Below the pieces are notes generated by a model. The model saw only the letters and a list, made by a program, of their open reading frames with translations. It ran no database searches and had not been told where the DNA came from. From Leptolyngbyaceae cyanobacterium (GTDB taxonomy: Bacteria > Cyanobacteriota > Cyanobacteriia > Phormidesmidales > Phormidesmidaceae), in the NCBI GenBank assembly GCA_965263355.1, contig CBDHHL010000032.1, positions 3,360,001 to 3,424,000 of the forward strand: 64,000 nucleotides of DNA, read 5' to 3'. The position numbers and the translations under genes are program-made. The stretch's first letter is position 1; each line of letters opens with the position of its first letter. Of the stretch, positions 10,403-21,076 are shown piece after piece.

Positions 10403-10562
10403 TCCCCTACACCAGTACTATCGTTGACCTCGTTCTATCACATATCCACCATTTCACTGTCTATATGATTTTTCCATTATCTAGCAGCTAGAGGATAGCA
10501 ATAGCGCTAGAGTTAGGTAGGTGGTAACGCCCCCTTGAACGATCAATATTGAAAGAAACATC

Positions 10563-11366
10563 GTGGACGCTACATTTAAAGGAATCATTCGGCTATCAAA
10601 ACGGGAAATTGAGCAGATGCGTAAAGCTTGCCATCTGGCAGCGCATCTCTTGGATCACCTGGAGCCAATGGTTAAACCCGGTGTTAGCACCCTAGAGCTA
10701 AATGACGAAGCTGAGCGCTGGACCAAGGGTCATGGTGCAAAGAGCGCTCCCCTTGGATACCCAGGTGGGGAAGGGGTGGCCCCGTTTCCCAAATCCATCT
10801 GTACCAGCGTTAACGAAGTCGTTTGCCATGGGATCCCCAATGCCAAACAAATTTTGCGAGATGGTGACATTATCAATATTGATGTCACACCTATTTTGAA
10901 TGGTTACCATGGAGATACATCTCGAACCTTTTTAGTTGGCGATGTATCCCCTCAAGCCCGCAGATTGGTTGAGGTTACCCAAGAAAGCATGTATCGAGGC
11001 ATTCAAGCTGTAAAACCTGGTGCCCGTATTGGTGATATTGGAGCAGCAATCCAAACCTATGCCGAAGCAGAAGGGTTTTCTGTGGTGCGTGATTTTGTGG
11101 GTCATGGTGTTCACCGCATCTTCCACACCGAACCTCAAATTCCCCACTATGGGACAGCAGGCAAAGGAAAAAAGCTTGCGTCCGGTATGGTATTCACCAT
11201 CGAGCCCATGATTAATATCGGCACCTATGAAGTGGAGCTACTGGAAGATGGCTGGACAGCCATAACGAAAGACCGAAAACTGACTGCTCAGTTTGAACAT
11301 ACGGTGGTGGTGACTAAAGAGGGGGTAGACATTTTAACTAAAGCACCTGTCGCAGCAGCGGTTTAA
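10563..11366 (+). CDS. map: Type I methionine aminopeptidase
   Basis: 'CTSVNEVVCHGIP', 'GHGV', 'FTIEPMIN', 'AQFEHT'. Confidence 0.97.
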   Translation: MDATFKGIIRLSKREIEQMRKACHLAAHLLDHLEPMVKPGVSTLELNDEAERWTKGHGAKSAPLGYPGGEGVAPFPKSICTSVNEVVCHGIPNAKQILRDGDIINIDVTPILNGYHGDTSRTFLVGDVSPQARRLVEVTQESMYRGIQAVKPGARIGDIGAAIQTYAEAEGFSVVRDFVGHGVHRIFHTEPQIPHYGTAGKGKKLASGMVFTIEPMINIGTYEVELLEDGWTAITKDRKLTAQFEHTVVVTKEGVDILTKAPVAAAV

Positions 11367-11393
11367 GCTACTGCAAATCATACGCTCAAACCC

Positions 11394-11939
11394 ATGCATA
11401 AAATCCAATATCTATTTATGCTGGTGCTAATAACAGCCTGCGCAGCATCTCCGGATGCTAACGTTGAGCTTACCTCTGCACCTACTCCTGTTCCTGAGAC
11501 AGTTTCCGAACCCGTGGTTGAACCGCTCTCCACAAATCCTACCAATGCCAGTGGTCTGCCTGTAGCTGACTTAGTATCGGTGGCCTTCACTGGTGAAGCA
11601 AACAACTATACTTTTGCAGTCACAATTAGTAGTGCTGATACAGGTTGTGAGCAATATGCCAACTGGTGGGAAGTCGTTGATACCCAAACTGGTGAGTTAC
11701 TCTACCGTCGGATCTTGGCCCATAGCCATGTGAATGAACAACCATTTACCCGTAGTGGTGGCCCCATCCCTATTGAACCAGACCAAACTGTGATCATCAG
11801 GGCACATATGGGCGGTATTCAAAGCCACTATGGTGGCCAGGTTTTTGGAGGAAGCGTAGCGACTGGGTTTCAACCTGTTGTAGATGCGTTACCAGGCTTA
11901 GAAACTATTGAACCTTTACCCAAAGGATGCGCTTTTTAA
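11394..11939 (+). CDS. Hypothetical lipoprotein with HxH motif
   Basis: Lipobox 'ITAC'; 'DTGCEQYANWWEV', 'LAHSHVNEQPFTRS'. Confidence 0.7.
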   Translation: MHKIQYLFMLVLITACAASPDANVELTSAPTPVPETVSEPVVEPLSTNPTNASGLPVADLVSVAFTGEANNYTFAVTISSADTGCEQYANWWEVVDTQTGELLYRRILAHSHVNEQPFTRSGGPIPIEPDQTVIIRAHMGGIQSHYGGQVFGGSVATGFQPVVDALPGLETIEPLPKGCAF

Positions 11940-12010
11940 GCCATGTCCACGTCCAGAACTGTTTTTTCTGTAGAAGACCCCAGACAGAGTTCTAACTTGG
12001 ATTTGGTTAA
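11937..12010 (+). repeat. ~73-bp dispersed palindromic element, copy 1 (degenerate; supplies the TAA stop of the upstream gene)
   Basis: taagccatgtccacgtccagaactg...aacttggatttggttaa aligns with the other five copies. Confidence 0.8.
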
Positions 12011-12199
12011 GGGTTGAAGACTGAATCTTGCAATCGGAGACTGGTTAGTTTTAGATACAATACTATTGCACTTTTTTGTTACTAAAGGTTCTCTTTATTA
12101 CACTTTAAGTTCTCTTTTCTTACAAATGTTGGAATTAAAATCGCTTAAGATTTCGGAGCATGGAAGGCATTTTAATCTGACAAAGATACGGAACTAACG

Positions 12200-12946
12200 A
12201 TGCTGCTTCAAAATCGCGTTGCTCTCATTACAGCAGGAGACTGTCGAGTGGGACGTCGCGTGGCTAGCGTATTAGCACGTCATGGGGCTCAATTAATTCT
12301 TTGTGGCCGTGACCAAAATAAGGGAACTAGGCTAGTTCATCGGTTAAAACATGAAGGAGCTAAAGCTAAGTTCTATCTTGTAGATGTGGTCACCCCCAAT
12401 GATGTCAAATCAGCCATTAAAGACGCAGTAGCCACATTTGGTCGTATCGATATTTTGTGTAACAACGCTAGCTTTAATCTTTTAGGCAATGATGCCTCTA
12501 TACTCGATCTCACAACTGAGTCATGGGAGCACATTGTCAGTCTTAGTTTGCAAGGGGCCTTTCTGTTTAGTCAATATGCTTTACCATTTTTGAGTCGTTC
12601 GCCCACAGGTTCCATTATTAATATCGTGCCCTATCCCCACAAAGGGATGCACGTAGTAGAAGGGACTAGCCGGGGCTGGATGATAGCGATGACCCGTGAT
12701 ATTGCCGAGGGAACTCACGAGTCAGGCGTACGAGCCAATTTGATATGGCCCCATGTAGCCGTGAGTGGCGCAACGCTATCGAGCTATCAAGCCGCTCTTG
12801 CCAATCGGGTATTTCACATGCATAAACGGGATAAAAATGCGGCTCGGGCTATTGCCCGAGCAACTCTATATTTAGCCTGTGATCAGTCTGTAGATCTAAC
12901 TGGAGCAATGATCGTGGTTGACGCTGACTATTCACAATGGGCGTAA
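12200..12946 (+). CDS. Atypical SDR-family oxidoreductase with degenerate catalytic motifs
   Basis: 'LQNRVALIT', 'FGRIDILCNNA', 'GVRAN'; but TAGDCRVG replaces TGxxxGIG and EGTSR replaces YxxxK. Confidence 0.75.
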   Translation: MLLQNRVALITAGDCRVGRRVASVLARHGAQLILCGRDQNKGTRLVHRLKHEGAKAKFYLVDVVTPNDVKSAIKDAVATFGRIDILCNNASFNLLGNDASILDLTTESWEHIVSLSLQGAFLFSQYALPFLSRSPTGSIINIVPYPHKGMHVVEGTSRGWMIAMTRDIAEGTHESGVRANLIWPHVAVSGATLSSYQAALANRVFHMHKRDKNAARAIARATLYLACDQSVDLTGAMIVVDADYSQWA

Positions 12947-12953
12947 AACCAAT

Positions 12954-12986
12954 TGTATAGGGACGTTCCATGACACATTCCTATAC
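12954..12986. repeat. Degenerate REP-like palindrome between convergent genes
   Basis: tgtatagggacgttccatgacacattcctatac: GTATAGG/CCTATAC stem, similar to the 60138 palindrome type. Confidence 0.55.
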
Positions 12987-12988
12987 GA

Positions 12989-13576
12989 TTAGGCAGCAAG
13001 GTCAGCTTGAATTTCCAGTTCTCCTAGCCAAACCTGGGTGAGGAGGTCAACACCGGTTTCACTTAGAAAAATGTCCTCTCCCTCATATTCAATGTCTTCA
13101 GTAGAACCACCAGCTGCTATCACCAGGTCTTCTATCCACACATAACAAGGAGTCAAAGGGGGCAACTTCAGCAACTGATCCAATTGTTGATAGATGCCAG
13201 CTGGCAAATCTCGCTGTACTAATTGGTACAGCGAGATTCCAGTACGCTGCTCTACTCCACCTAAAACTTGATGTACATAACAAACAGCTTCATTGGTAGG
13301 TAATTGCTTTAAGCGTTGCTGCAATCGCTGCAAGACAACAGCCACAAAATCAACCCCCAGATGCTGATTCAGGGTTTGGACAGGCCCGTCTAAATCCCGT
13401 TCAACTACGCTAGAGATTTCATGCCAGGCAATGTGGGGAAATGCATTTTGTAGCAAAATAAACCCCCGCTCACTGATATGACAGGTTCCTTGACCGAGGT
13501 CATAGGAAAAGTCTTCTCCCGGTTGAGCACCTGCTTCAACCAACATGCGAAATAGTTGAACGTTATCAGATTGCAT
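12989..13576 (-). CDS. Hypothetical protein with an internal duplication
   Basis: 195-aa ORF; N- and C-terminal segments share 'LV.A.G...ED..Y......SE.G..LL'. Confidence 0.7.
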   Translation of the reverse strand: MQSDNVQLFRMLVEAGAQPGEDFSYDLGQGTCHISERGFILLQNAFPHIAWHEISSVVERDLDGPVQTLNQHLGVDFVAVVLQRLQQRLKQLPTNEAVCYVHQVLGGVEQRTGISLYQLVQRDLPAGIYQQLDQLLKLPPLTPCYVWIEDLVIAAGGSTEDIEYEGEDIFLSETGVDLLTQVWLGELEIQADLAA

Positions 13577-13737
13577 AATACGTGCAGTTAGAGATGAGTT
13601 CTATAGCTTTTTTAATATTTTGCTCCCTATCAAGCTAGCGACTGGCCATATTAATTGGTGTATATCTCAGTACAGAATGCTTAATTAGACTATAAAATCA
13701 AGCCAAACATCAGAAAAATTAGACAAGGTTTAGGACT

Positions 13738-13807
13738 TAAACCACGACCAAGTTGAAAGCTGTAGTCTTCTAAGGAAAAACGACCGACCTGGACGTGACA
13801 AGGTTTA
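13738..13807 (-). repeat. ~73-bp dispersed palindromic element, copy 2
   Basis: Reverse complement taaaccttgtcacgtccaggtcggtcgtttttccttagaagactacagctttcaacttggtcgtggttta, closest to copy 6. Confidence 0.9.
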
Positions 13808-13974
13808 TACATCAACTGGGGTGCTGATTAATCCATATACCTGAAGGCAGTTCTGGAATACGTGTACTCCTTTTTAGGAATACCTTTTGACCATGCTTCG
13901 CTACACAAACACTTACTGACACGATAAGCGAACTAAATCAAAGTCACTTCACCCACAGGGGTTAAATTGCCATC

Positions 13975-14901
13975 CTATGACTGCTCTCGATAGGCGGCAT
14001 AAACAGCGTTAACGTTATACCAGTTCAAAAAGATTCGGGCAACTTCTAACGAAATCTGGGGGCGGCCTTGATCAATCAACCATTGTAGTAAGGGTTTGAG
14101 GGTACGCTCATTTAGTAGACCACCGAGGGAGAGCAGTCCCCATAAAAGCCGATGTAACCAGGTCATCTGGATCATCATGCGTACATCGAGGGTAGGGTGT
14201 TTTTGATAAAACACGACTCCCATGCGGGCTCGCTGAATTTCTACATCAATTAAGCGGGGCAGGTCATCAAGGCTAAAGGGGGGATGCCAGTGATAACCAA
14301 CAGCAGCGGGACACTTGACCAAAGTCAGACCCAGCTTTTTAAGGCGTACGCCTAATTCTAGATCTTCCCAACCATATTGGGTGAATTGTGTATCAAATAA
14401 ACCTGCCTCGATCAGCCAGTGTTTGGCGATCGCAACATTCCCCGTGGCAAAAAATGCTTGGGAATAATCGGTCACCTTAAACGGCTCGGATGTGGGCTCC
14501 TCAAAATTGCAGGTATTGACGACCCGACCGTAGGTAAATACCCGGTCATTTCCCTGGTTAACGTAATGCTGGGTGAGGGCATCGGCATGGTGCTGCAAAA
14601 ACCCATCGAGCACGACTAAATCACTGTCAATAAAAATGATCGTATCACCGGTCGCTTTTTCTATCCCGAGGTTACGGGCAACTGCTGCGCCTTTATGGTC
14701 CTGCTGATAAAGTTCTACATGAAGAAAATTCTCTGTCTGCAGCCACTCTACGGTGCCATCGGTAGACCCATCATCTACCACTACAATTTCATAGCCCTCA
14801 ACCTGGGTGTCGGACCGGAGAATCTGTTGCTCCATAGCCCGTAAACACTTTTCTAGGATTGGTTTGCGGTTATAGGTAGGAATAACAACGCTGAAATACA
14901 T
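13975..14901 (-). CDS. Glycosyltransferase family 2
   Basis: 'SVVIPTYNR', 'VVDDGSTDGT', 'FIDSD', 'GWEDLELG'; start set at ATG 14901. Confidence 0.92.
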   Translation of the reverse strand: MYFSVVIPTYNRKPILEKCLRAMEQQILRSDTQVEGYEIVVVDDGSTDGTVEWLQTENFLHVELYQQDHKGAAVARNLGIEKATGDTIIFIDSDLVVLDGFLQHHADALTQHYVNQGNDRVFTYGRVVNTCNFEEPTSEPFKVTDYSQAFFATGNVAIAKHWLIEAGLFDTQFTQYGWEDLELGVRLKKLGLTLVKCPAAVGYHWHPPFSLDDLPRLIDVEIQRARMGVVFYQKHPTLDVRMMIQMTWLHRLLWGLLSLGGLLNERTLKPLLQWLIDQGRPQISLEVARIFLNWYNVNAVYAAYREQS

Positions 14902-15027
14902 GAATAGATAGAAATGTGCAGGGACTTCTATAATAGCGGTCTGGCTAAACAATCTTGGGAATAGCTATGTTCTCGCTTCAATACCTGCCGTACTATATAG
15001 GTTTGTAGTTTAATCGGAAATCACATT

Positions 15028-16236
15028 ATGGGTCGGGCTGAACGGGTTGTACTTGCCTATTCTGGGGGTGTGGACACAACTGTTTGCATTCCTTATTTGA
15101 AGCATGAATTTGGTGTGAAAGAGGTGATCACGCTGGCGGCGGATCTAGGTCAAGGCGAGGAACTCGGCCCAATTCAGAAAAAGGCACTGGATGCTGGGGT
15201 GATGGAATCGCTAGTGGCGGATGTAACGGAAACGTTTGTGACTGACTATGCGTTTCCAGCAATTAAGGCCAATGCGCTGTACGAAGATCGCTACCCGCTA
15301 TCGACATCGTTAGCGCGACCGCTAATTGCTAAGGAGCTAGTAGCCGCAGCGGAAAAGTATGGGGCGGATGCAGTAGCCCATGGCTGTACGGGTAAGGGCA
15401 ATGATCAGGTACGGTTTGATGTTGCGATCGCAGCCCTCAATCCCAATCTCAAAGTCTTAGCCCCCGCCCGCGAATGGGGCATGAGCCGAGAGCAGGCCAT
15501 TGCCTATGGTGAAAAATTTGGTCTCACCTTCCCCGTCAAAAAATCTTCCCCCTATAGTATTGACCGCAATCTACTGGGTCGCAGCATCGAAGCAGGCATC
15601 CTCGAAGACCCCTGGGTTGAACCCCCTGAAGAGGTTTACGACATGACTAAAGCCATTGCCGATACACCAAATGAGCCTGAGTACGTTGAAATCAACTTCG
15701 AAAAAGGAATTCCCGTGGGTCTCAATGGCAATAGCCTGGGTCCCGTAGAGCTGATTAGCCAGCTCAATACCATTGCCGGTAACCATGGTGTGGGTCGCCT
15801 CGACATGCTCGAAAATCGCCTCGTCGGCATCAAGTCTCGTGAGATCTACGAAACCCCTGCCTTGATTACCCTCATCGCCGCTCATCGAGATCTCGAAAGC
15901 CTAACACTCACAGCCGACGTTACCCAATATAAACGCGGCATCGAACAGACCTACAGCGAGTTAGTCTACAACGGTCTCTGGTTTAGTCCCCTGAAAGCGG
16001 CTCTTGACGCCTTTATCGAAAAAACCCAGGAGCAAGTATCCGGTACCATTCGTCTAAAATTATTCAAGGGCAACGCTATTATCGCTGGCCGTAAATCTGA
16101 AAACGCCCTCTACACCGAAGAACTAGCCACCTACGGTGAAAATGACCAGTTTGACCACAAAGCCGCCGAAGGCTTTATCTATGTCTGGGGCCTACCCACC
16201 CGCATCTGGTCCGAGAAAATGCGCTCATCTTCCTAG
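15028..16236 (+). CDS. argG: Argininosuccinate synthase
   Basis: 'LAYSGGVDT', '[13 protein letters not shown]', 'GIKSREIYE'. Confidence 0.98.
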   Translation: MGRAERVVLAYSGGVDTTVCIPYLKHEFGVKEVITLAADLGQGEELGPIQKKALDAGVMESLVADVTETFVTDYAFPAIKANALYEDRYPLSTSLARPLIAKELVAAAEKYGADAVAHGCTGKGNDQVRFDVAIAALNPNLKVLAPAREWGMSREQAIAYGEKFGLTFPVKKSSPYSIDRNLLGRSIEAGILEDPWVEPPEEVYDMTKAIADTPNEPEYVEINFEKGIPVGLNGNSLGPVELISQLNTIAGNHGVGRLDMLENRLVGIKSREIYETPALITLIAAHRDLESLTLTADVTQYKRGIEQTYSELVYNGLWFSPLKAALDAFIEKTQEQVSGTIRLKLFKGNAIIAGRKSENALYTEELATYGENDQFDHKAAEGFIYVWGLPTRIWSEKMRSSS

Positions 16237-16247
16237 TAGTCATAACC

Positions 16248-16274
16248 TGAGGGGCACTCCCTTGTGGATGCCCC
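16248..16274 (+). repeat. REP-like hairpin (GGGCA...CCTTGTGG..TGCCC type)
   Basis: tgaggggcactcccttgtggatgcccc nearly matches the reverse complement of 59380-59407. Confidence 0.65.
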
Positions 16275-16317
16275 AAAATTCTCCACTCAGGATTTTCTAT
16301 TCTTTAATGCTTGTTGT

Positions 16318-16809
16318 TCAAAGGTTAAACCACCCCGTCATCGCTACTGCCAATGCATCCGCCGCATCGTCTGGACGGGGAATCTTCTCTAACTTCAATT
16401 CTCTCTTAACAGCTTCCTGAACATCTTTTTTATCAGCATTACCATAGCCCGTGAGTGCTTGTTTAATTTGAGCTGGGGTAAACTCCACAAACGGTAGCTG
16501 ATGCTGAGCTAACACCAGCATTACCACCCCTCTTGCCTGGGCCACCAGAATAGTATTGCCCATACGATAAAAAAACAACTTTTCAATAGAAACAGAATTG
16601 GGCTGATAGGTTTCAATAATGCTATTCAAATCATCATAGATAGTGCATAGTCGTGACCCCACCTCTGTGCCTGCTGGAGTTTCAATGATGCCAAAGTCAA
16701 CTACCTCAAGCTCTGGCTTAAGATCTCGGGTGGTCGCTGGATCATATTCAAGAATACCGAATCCTAAAATAGCTAAACCAGGGTCTAATCCCAGGATTCG
16801 TTGACGCAT
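16318..16809 (-). CDS. ruvC: Holliday junction resolvase RuvC
   Basis: 'ILGLDPGL', 'IEKLFF', 'GYGNADK', 'DDAADALA'. Confidence 0.96.
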   Translation of the reverse strand: MRQRILGLDPGLAILGFGILEYDPATTRDLKPELEVVDFGIIETPAGTEVGSRLCTIYDDLNSIIETYQPNSVSIEKLFFYRMGNTILVAQARGVVMLVLAQHQLPFVEFTPAQIKQALTGYGNADKKDVQEAVKRELKLEKIPRPDDAADALAVAMTGWFNL

Positions 16810-17889
16810 TTATCGAGCCCCTACAGGTGTGCGACCGTTAGAAGCAGGGACGGGGATAGTCACCCCAAACACATTACCAAAGGTTTTCTCTACTTTATAA
16901 CCAGAGTCAATGGACTCTAACGGATCTTTCCGTAAACGGTGACGTAAACAAAGGGCAATGACGGTTTGAATATCATCAAGGGTTACTTCAGTACGGCCTT
17001 CGTAGGCAGCTAATGCCTTAGCTGCTCGGTTAGAGACAATATCACCCCGTAAACCATCGACATCTAACTCAGAACAAACTTGAGAAATCTGCACCCGATA
17101 ATCATGATCGATGGTGACATCCTTCAACCGTTGCTGAGCACTCACAATTTTTTCTTGCAGAGCAGTTTGCTTAGCTTGATACTTGGTACGAAACGCATCT
17201 GGGTCTTGATCAAATTCAGAACGCTGTTCAACAATCTGTACCCGCTGGGCCGGATCCTTAACGGTACGAATTTCAGCATGCATACCAAAACGGTCTAAAA
17301 GCTGAGGGCGCAACTCACCTTCTTCAGGATTACCAGACCCAATCAGTACAAACTGCGCTGGGTGACGAATGGAGATACCTTCACGTTCTACCGTATTACG
17401 TCCTGATGCAGCAGAGTCCAAGAGGACGTCGACCAAGTGGTCATCCAGCAAATTGACCTCATCTACATAAAGTAAGCCTCGGTTAGCCTTAGCAAGTAAC
17501 CCTGGCTCAAACGCTTTAACGCCTTCAGACAAGGCCTTTTCAATATCAATCGTGCCACACACCCGATCCTCGGTTGCTCCCAAAGGCAAGTCCACCATCG
17601 GCACCTTTATTTTCCCGTCTGGGATTGCCTGACCTTCGTACTCACGCTTAACCTCAGGATCTTCAGGTGCACGATTAAACGGGTCATTTTCTACCACGCT
17701 GATCTCAGGCAGTAGATCTGCCAAAGCACGAATTGTAGTGGACTTACCAGTACCGCGATCGCCCATGATCATTACTCCGCCGATCTTGGGATCAATGACA
17801 TTCAAGATCAGGGCCAACTTCATATCTTCTTGACCGATTACCGCAGTAAAGGGAAAAACGGCACGTTGGGCAGAGGTAGCAGTACTCAC
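16810..17889 (-). CDS. chlI: Magnesium chelatase ATPase subunit I
   Basis: 'GDRGTGKST', '[13 protein letters not shown]', '[12 protein letters not shown]'; start set at GTG 17889. Confidence 0.97.
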   Translation of the reverse strand: MSTATSAQRAVFPFTAVIGQEDMKLALILNVIDPKIGGVMIMGDRGTGKSTTIRALADLLPEISVVENDPFNRAPEDPEVKREYEGQAIPDGKIKVPMVDLPLGATEDRVCGTIDIEKALSEGVKAFEPGLLAKANRGLLYVDEVNLLDDHLVDVLLDSAASGRNTVEREGISIRHPAQFVLIGSGNPEEGELRPQLLDRFGMHAEIRTVKDPAQRVQIVEQRSEFDQDPDAFRTKYQAKQTALQEKIVSAQQRLKDVTIDHDYRVQISQVCSELDVDGLRGDIVSNRAAKALAAYEGRTEVTLDDIQTVIALCLRHRLRKDPLESIDSGYKVEKTFGNVFGVTIPVPASNGRTPVGAR

Positions 17890-18046
17890 AGGGCTTTCTA
17901 AACGCAAGGTATTTTAACGACTAGCTCTAATTGTGCCACAGTGCGGCTCGCCTACCGCTGTCATTCAGGTTCTGCTCATTTAGCATTCAGGAGAATAGGT
18001 TACTGTGTCAACAGTTGTGTTTGTCTGCTTCCCATTGTCGCTGGCT

Positions 18047-19030
18047 ATGAGCTTTATTCACATTCGTCCCGACTGGCAACTACCCGAAAAATTAGCTACC
18101 CCAGAAGTCGCTTATTTTAAGCGGCGTCGATTTCTAAAAAGTTTGGCTGGTGTTGGCCTAGGTATTGCGGCCACCAGTTGCACTGGCCGACCTCTGACTG
18201 CACAAGGCGCAGAGGAATTAACCAGCACCTTTGGTGAACCTCTGAATAATTTCACAACGAATCCAGCATTCACAGATGCTGGCAATCCCATCACAAATCA
18301 ACTGTTTGCCAGTCGTTACAACAACTTTTATGAGTTTGGCCTGACTAAAAATATTTGGTCAAATGCTCAAAGACTACCAATAGATCCCTGGAAACTAGAG
18401 GTTTCAGGGCTGGTAAAAAATCCGAAAACCTATGACCTAGACGATCTCTATCAGAAATTTCCGTTAGAAGAAAGAATTTATCGATTTCGCTGTGTTGAAG
18501 CATGGGCCATGGTAGTCCCGTGGCTTGGATTTCCAATGCGCAAAATCATAGAAGATGTAGAACCGACATCGGCAGCCAAATTTGTCCGTTTTGAATCGTT
18601 CTACGACGAAAACATAACTGAAGGACCCGCTATTTCGTTCTCAAATCTACCCTGGCCTTACCATGAAGGACTACGGATTGAAGAAATGGCCAACGATTTG
18701 GCATTCTTTGCCGTAGGTATTTACGGTCGAACTATGCCTAAGCAACATGGTGCCCCTATTCGTATGGTAGTCCCCTGGAAATATGGGTTTAAAGGCGCTA
18801 AGTCCATTGTAAAAATTGAGTTTTTGCAAGAGCAACCTACCACCTATTGGAATACAATTTCGCCAAACGAATATAAATTTGAGGCCAATGTAGAACCTGA
18901 TGTTCCCCACCCCCGTTGGTCTCAAAAACGCGAACGCTTGGTAGGGGAAGGCGAAGCTTGGGATTGGGTCAAGCAAGATACGCTAATTTATAACGGCTAC
19001 GGAGAGCATGTAGCAGATTTGTACGCATAA
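18047..19030 (+). CDS. msrP: Protein-methionine-sulfoxide reductase catalytic subunit MsrP (YedY)
   Basis: Twin-arginine 'KRRRFLK', 'YNNFYEFG', 'FRCVEAW', 'VVPWKYGFKGAKSI'; start set at ATG 18047. Confidence 0.93.
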   Translation: MSFIHIRPDWQLPEKLATPEVAYFKRRRFLKSLAGVGLGIAATSCTGRPLTAQGAEELTSTFGEPLNNFTTNPAFTDAGNPITNQLFASRYNNFYEFGLTKNIWSNAQRLPIDPWKLEVSGLVKNPKTYDLDDLYQKFPLEERIYRFRCVEAWAMVVPWLGFPMRKIIEDVEPTSAAKFVRFESFYDENITEGPAISFSNLPWPYHEGLRIEEMANDLAFFAVGIYGRTMPKQHGAPIRMVVPWKYGFKGAKSIVKIEFLQEQPTTYWNTISPNEYKFEANVEPDVPHPRWSQKRERLVGEGEAWDWVKQDTLIYNGYGEHVADLYA

Positions 19031-19045
19031 AGTACGCGATACTAC

Positions 19046-19477
19046 TTACTTACTTAAGAATTTCTGCATCTTGCAATGTAAAATACCGGCTTCTAAAAAT
19101 TCAGGACTGATAGTGGCGTACCCTAGAGACTGGTAAAAAGACACAGCTGTTTGCTGTGCATGACACCATAGGTAAGGCAGTTGATGCTCACAACCAATCA
19201 ATTCAATTTCTTGCATAATTAATCGTCCTAGCCCCTGGCGTCGAAATTTGGTTAGTACAGCTAGACGGCCTATTTTTCCACCCTTGAAAATATCTAAACG
19301 GGCTGTACCTGCGGGACAATCATCAACTAGGAGCAACACATGCTTAGAGCAAGCATCACGGTCATCCATTTCAAGGTCTACAGGTACACCTTGCTCAGCT
19401 ACAAATACGGTTTTACGAATGGTCTGAATAGCAAAATCGTAGGCCGAAAGTTCACAACGCACAATTTCAATCGCCAT
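19046..19477 (-). CDS. GNAT N-acetyltransferase (YjcF/ElaA-like)
   Basis: 'IRKTVFVAEQGVP', 'RRQGLGR', 'FLEAGILH'. Confidence 0.88.
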   Translation of the reverse strand: MAIEIVRCELSAYDFAIQTIRKTVFVAEQGVPVDLEMDDRDACSKHVLLLVDDCPAGTARLDIFKGGKIGRLAVLTKFRRQGLGRLIMQEIELIGCEHQLPYLWCHAQQTAVSFYQSLGYATISPEFLEAGILHCKMQKFLSK

Positions 19478-19503
19478 GGCAAGGGCTGAATAGATTTTAA
19501 ATC

Positions 19504-19752
19504 GTGAGTGATAAGGTCACTTTGCCACCATATATGCATATTGCTGACCCCGACTATATCAATCCCGTCTTTTCATTTCCTTACCAAGGGGTGACGATTC
19601 AGATTACTAGTGGCACATACCTAGGCACAAAAATCTACACCGCTTGGATTGACTATGCTACTGGCAGTGCCGTGGCTGTACCAAAAGCCTACAGCCGTGG
19701 TGAAGCAATCAGACGGGCCAAGCAATGGGTGCTGAAAAAGTTTAAGTTCTAA
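19504..19752 (+). CDS. Hypothetical protein
   Basis: 82-aa ORF filling an intergenic gap with plausible composition. Confidence 0.6.
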   Translation: MSDKVTLPPYMHIADPDYINPVFSFPYQGVTIQITSGTYLGTKIYTAWIDYATGSAVAVPKAYSRGEAIRRAKQWVLKKFKF

Positions 19753-19855
19753 GTTAACGCAGGCTAAAGCCAACATAACCATGTTTGAACCTCTTGTAGT
19801 ACCAGCTTTCCCGTCAATTATTGGTCAGGGCCAGCTGACTCCTGCCATCATTGCT

Positions 19856-20251
19856 TTAGTCCATAGGCTCCTCAGAACCTACATCCCGAATAGAAGAAGC
19901 ATCTTCTTTTTTGTCCGGAATAAATAATTTTTCCAGGCGTTCTTTAGACCAACTTTCACTGACAAATGATACGGCGCTAATTTCTTCTAAGCGTACGAGC
20001 CAAACCGTACGACGAGATACCTCATCATCAGGGTCATCATCTTCGTCAGGCTCGTAAACGTGGACGTAAACTATCTCAACACAAGTGTCATCCAAGTAAA
20101 CGGGAACACCGCTCAAACCACCCCAAGGCAGTCGAACCTGAACCTCTGTCCCTTCTTGCATAGCCTCATCTAACCGCTGATGTAGACGGCCAGAGTAAGA
20201 CTGCTTCTTATTATCCCCAACGAGGTACGGTACTTGCCGATTAGTAGTCAT
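19856..20251 (-). CDS. Hypothetical acidic protein, possibly a small beta-barrel
   Basis: 131-aa ORF, beta-strand-rich with an acidic loop 'EPDEDDDPDDE'. Confidence 0.65.
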   Translation of the reverse strand: MTTNRQVPYLVGDNKKQSYSGRLHQRLDEAMQEGTEVQVRLPWGGLSGVPVYLDDTCVEIVYVHVYEPDEDDDPDDEVSRRTVWLVRLEEISAVSFVSESWSKERLEKLFIPDKKEDASSIRDVGSEEPMD

Positions 20252-21010
20252 GGCGATCCCTGTCAGCTAATGAACAAACTTCAAAAATTAATGACACATT
20301 AGAGTTTAGCTTTGGCTAATGTGCTCAAGCTGCAGCTATTAACTGCTTATATTTCGCTATGAGTACGGGCGATAACGATTGAGCCCTTTTCTGAAGACCC
20401 CTATACCAGATATTTGGTTTCTTCAGTTAGCCACAGCGACAAACATAGCCTCTAAATGTTCCTCAGCATTAAACTTAACGAAATCATCCCGTACTTTTAG
20501 GTTAGCCAGTGGGCCTGGACATGACAGTAAGTATTTCTGCACATCGTTAATATCGGCCATGGCATCTATCCGAATGCAGCAGGATATATATCAGATACAA
20601 GAATGATGTAGATTTTTCGCAAATTAGCTGATGCTTTTTAAGACTATTGATCTTGATTTAATTAGGCTTGATAGATATGGGCAACAATCTTTTAAAGTCA
20701 ATATTGCCTAAAAAAAGTCTTTTTAGCTATGTTATTACTCGCAGTTTTTTCTAATTAGCAGACTATTTCTCATTATCAATGCTTCGATACAAGCATACGG
20801 AACGTAACGAGAGAATTAGTTTTATTTAAGTAAATATCAAATTATTTTTGCTGCCATCAGGGTAACTGCATATCACCTTTCCTGACATCTGTCAAGGTCA
20901 AGTAACTGAGTGCTAGTCTGGGCGAAGTTATACTGAGAAAGCATTACTTCTGCGTCAGACGAATATCGGAAAAGAACGTACACTCAAGCTTGAAACTCCT
21001 TTTTTATCAA

Positions 21011-21044
21011 ATACTACGTTTGTAGTATGTTTTGAGTGTAGTAT
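21011..21044. promoter_or_regulatory. Operator-like dyad plus direct repeat upstream of the RHH-like gene
   Basis: ATACTAC-gttt-GTAGTAT (21011-21028) and a second TGTAGTAT (21037-21044). Confidence 0.5.
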
Positions 21045-21076
21045 ATTTTAGATGTCCACCTATTGCAAAATTATTA

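Noticed and set aside
13810..13870. TPP-riboswitch-like start (aactggggtgctga...)
   Set aside because: It lacks the CTGAGA and downstream conserved core, and no thiamine gene follows.
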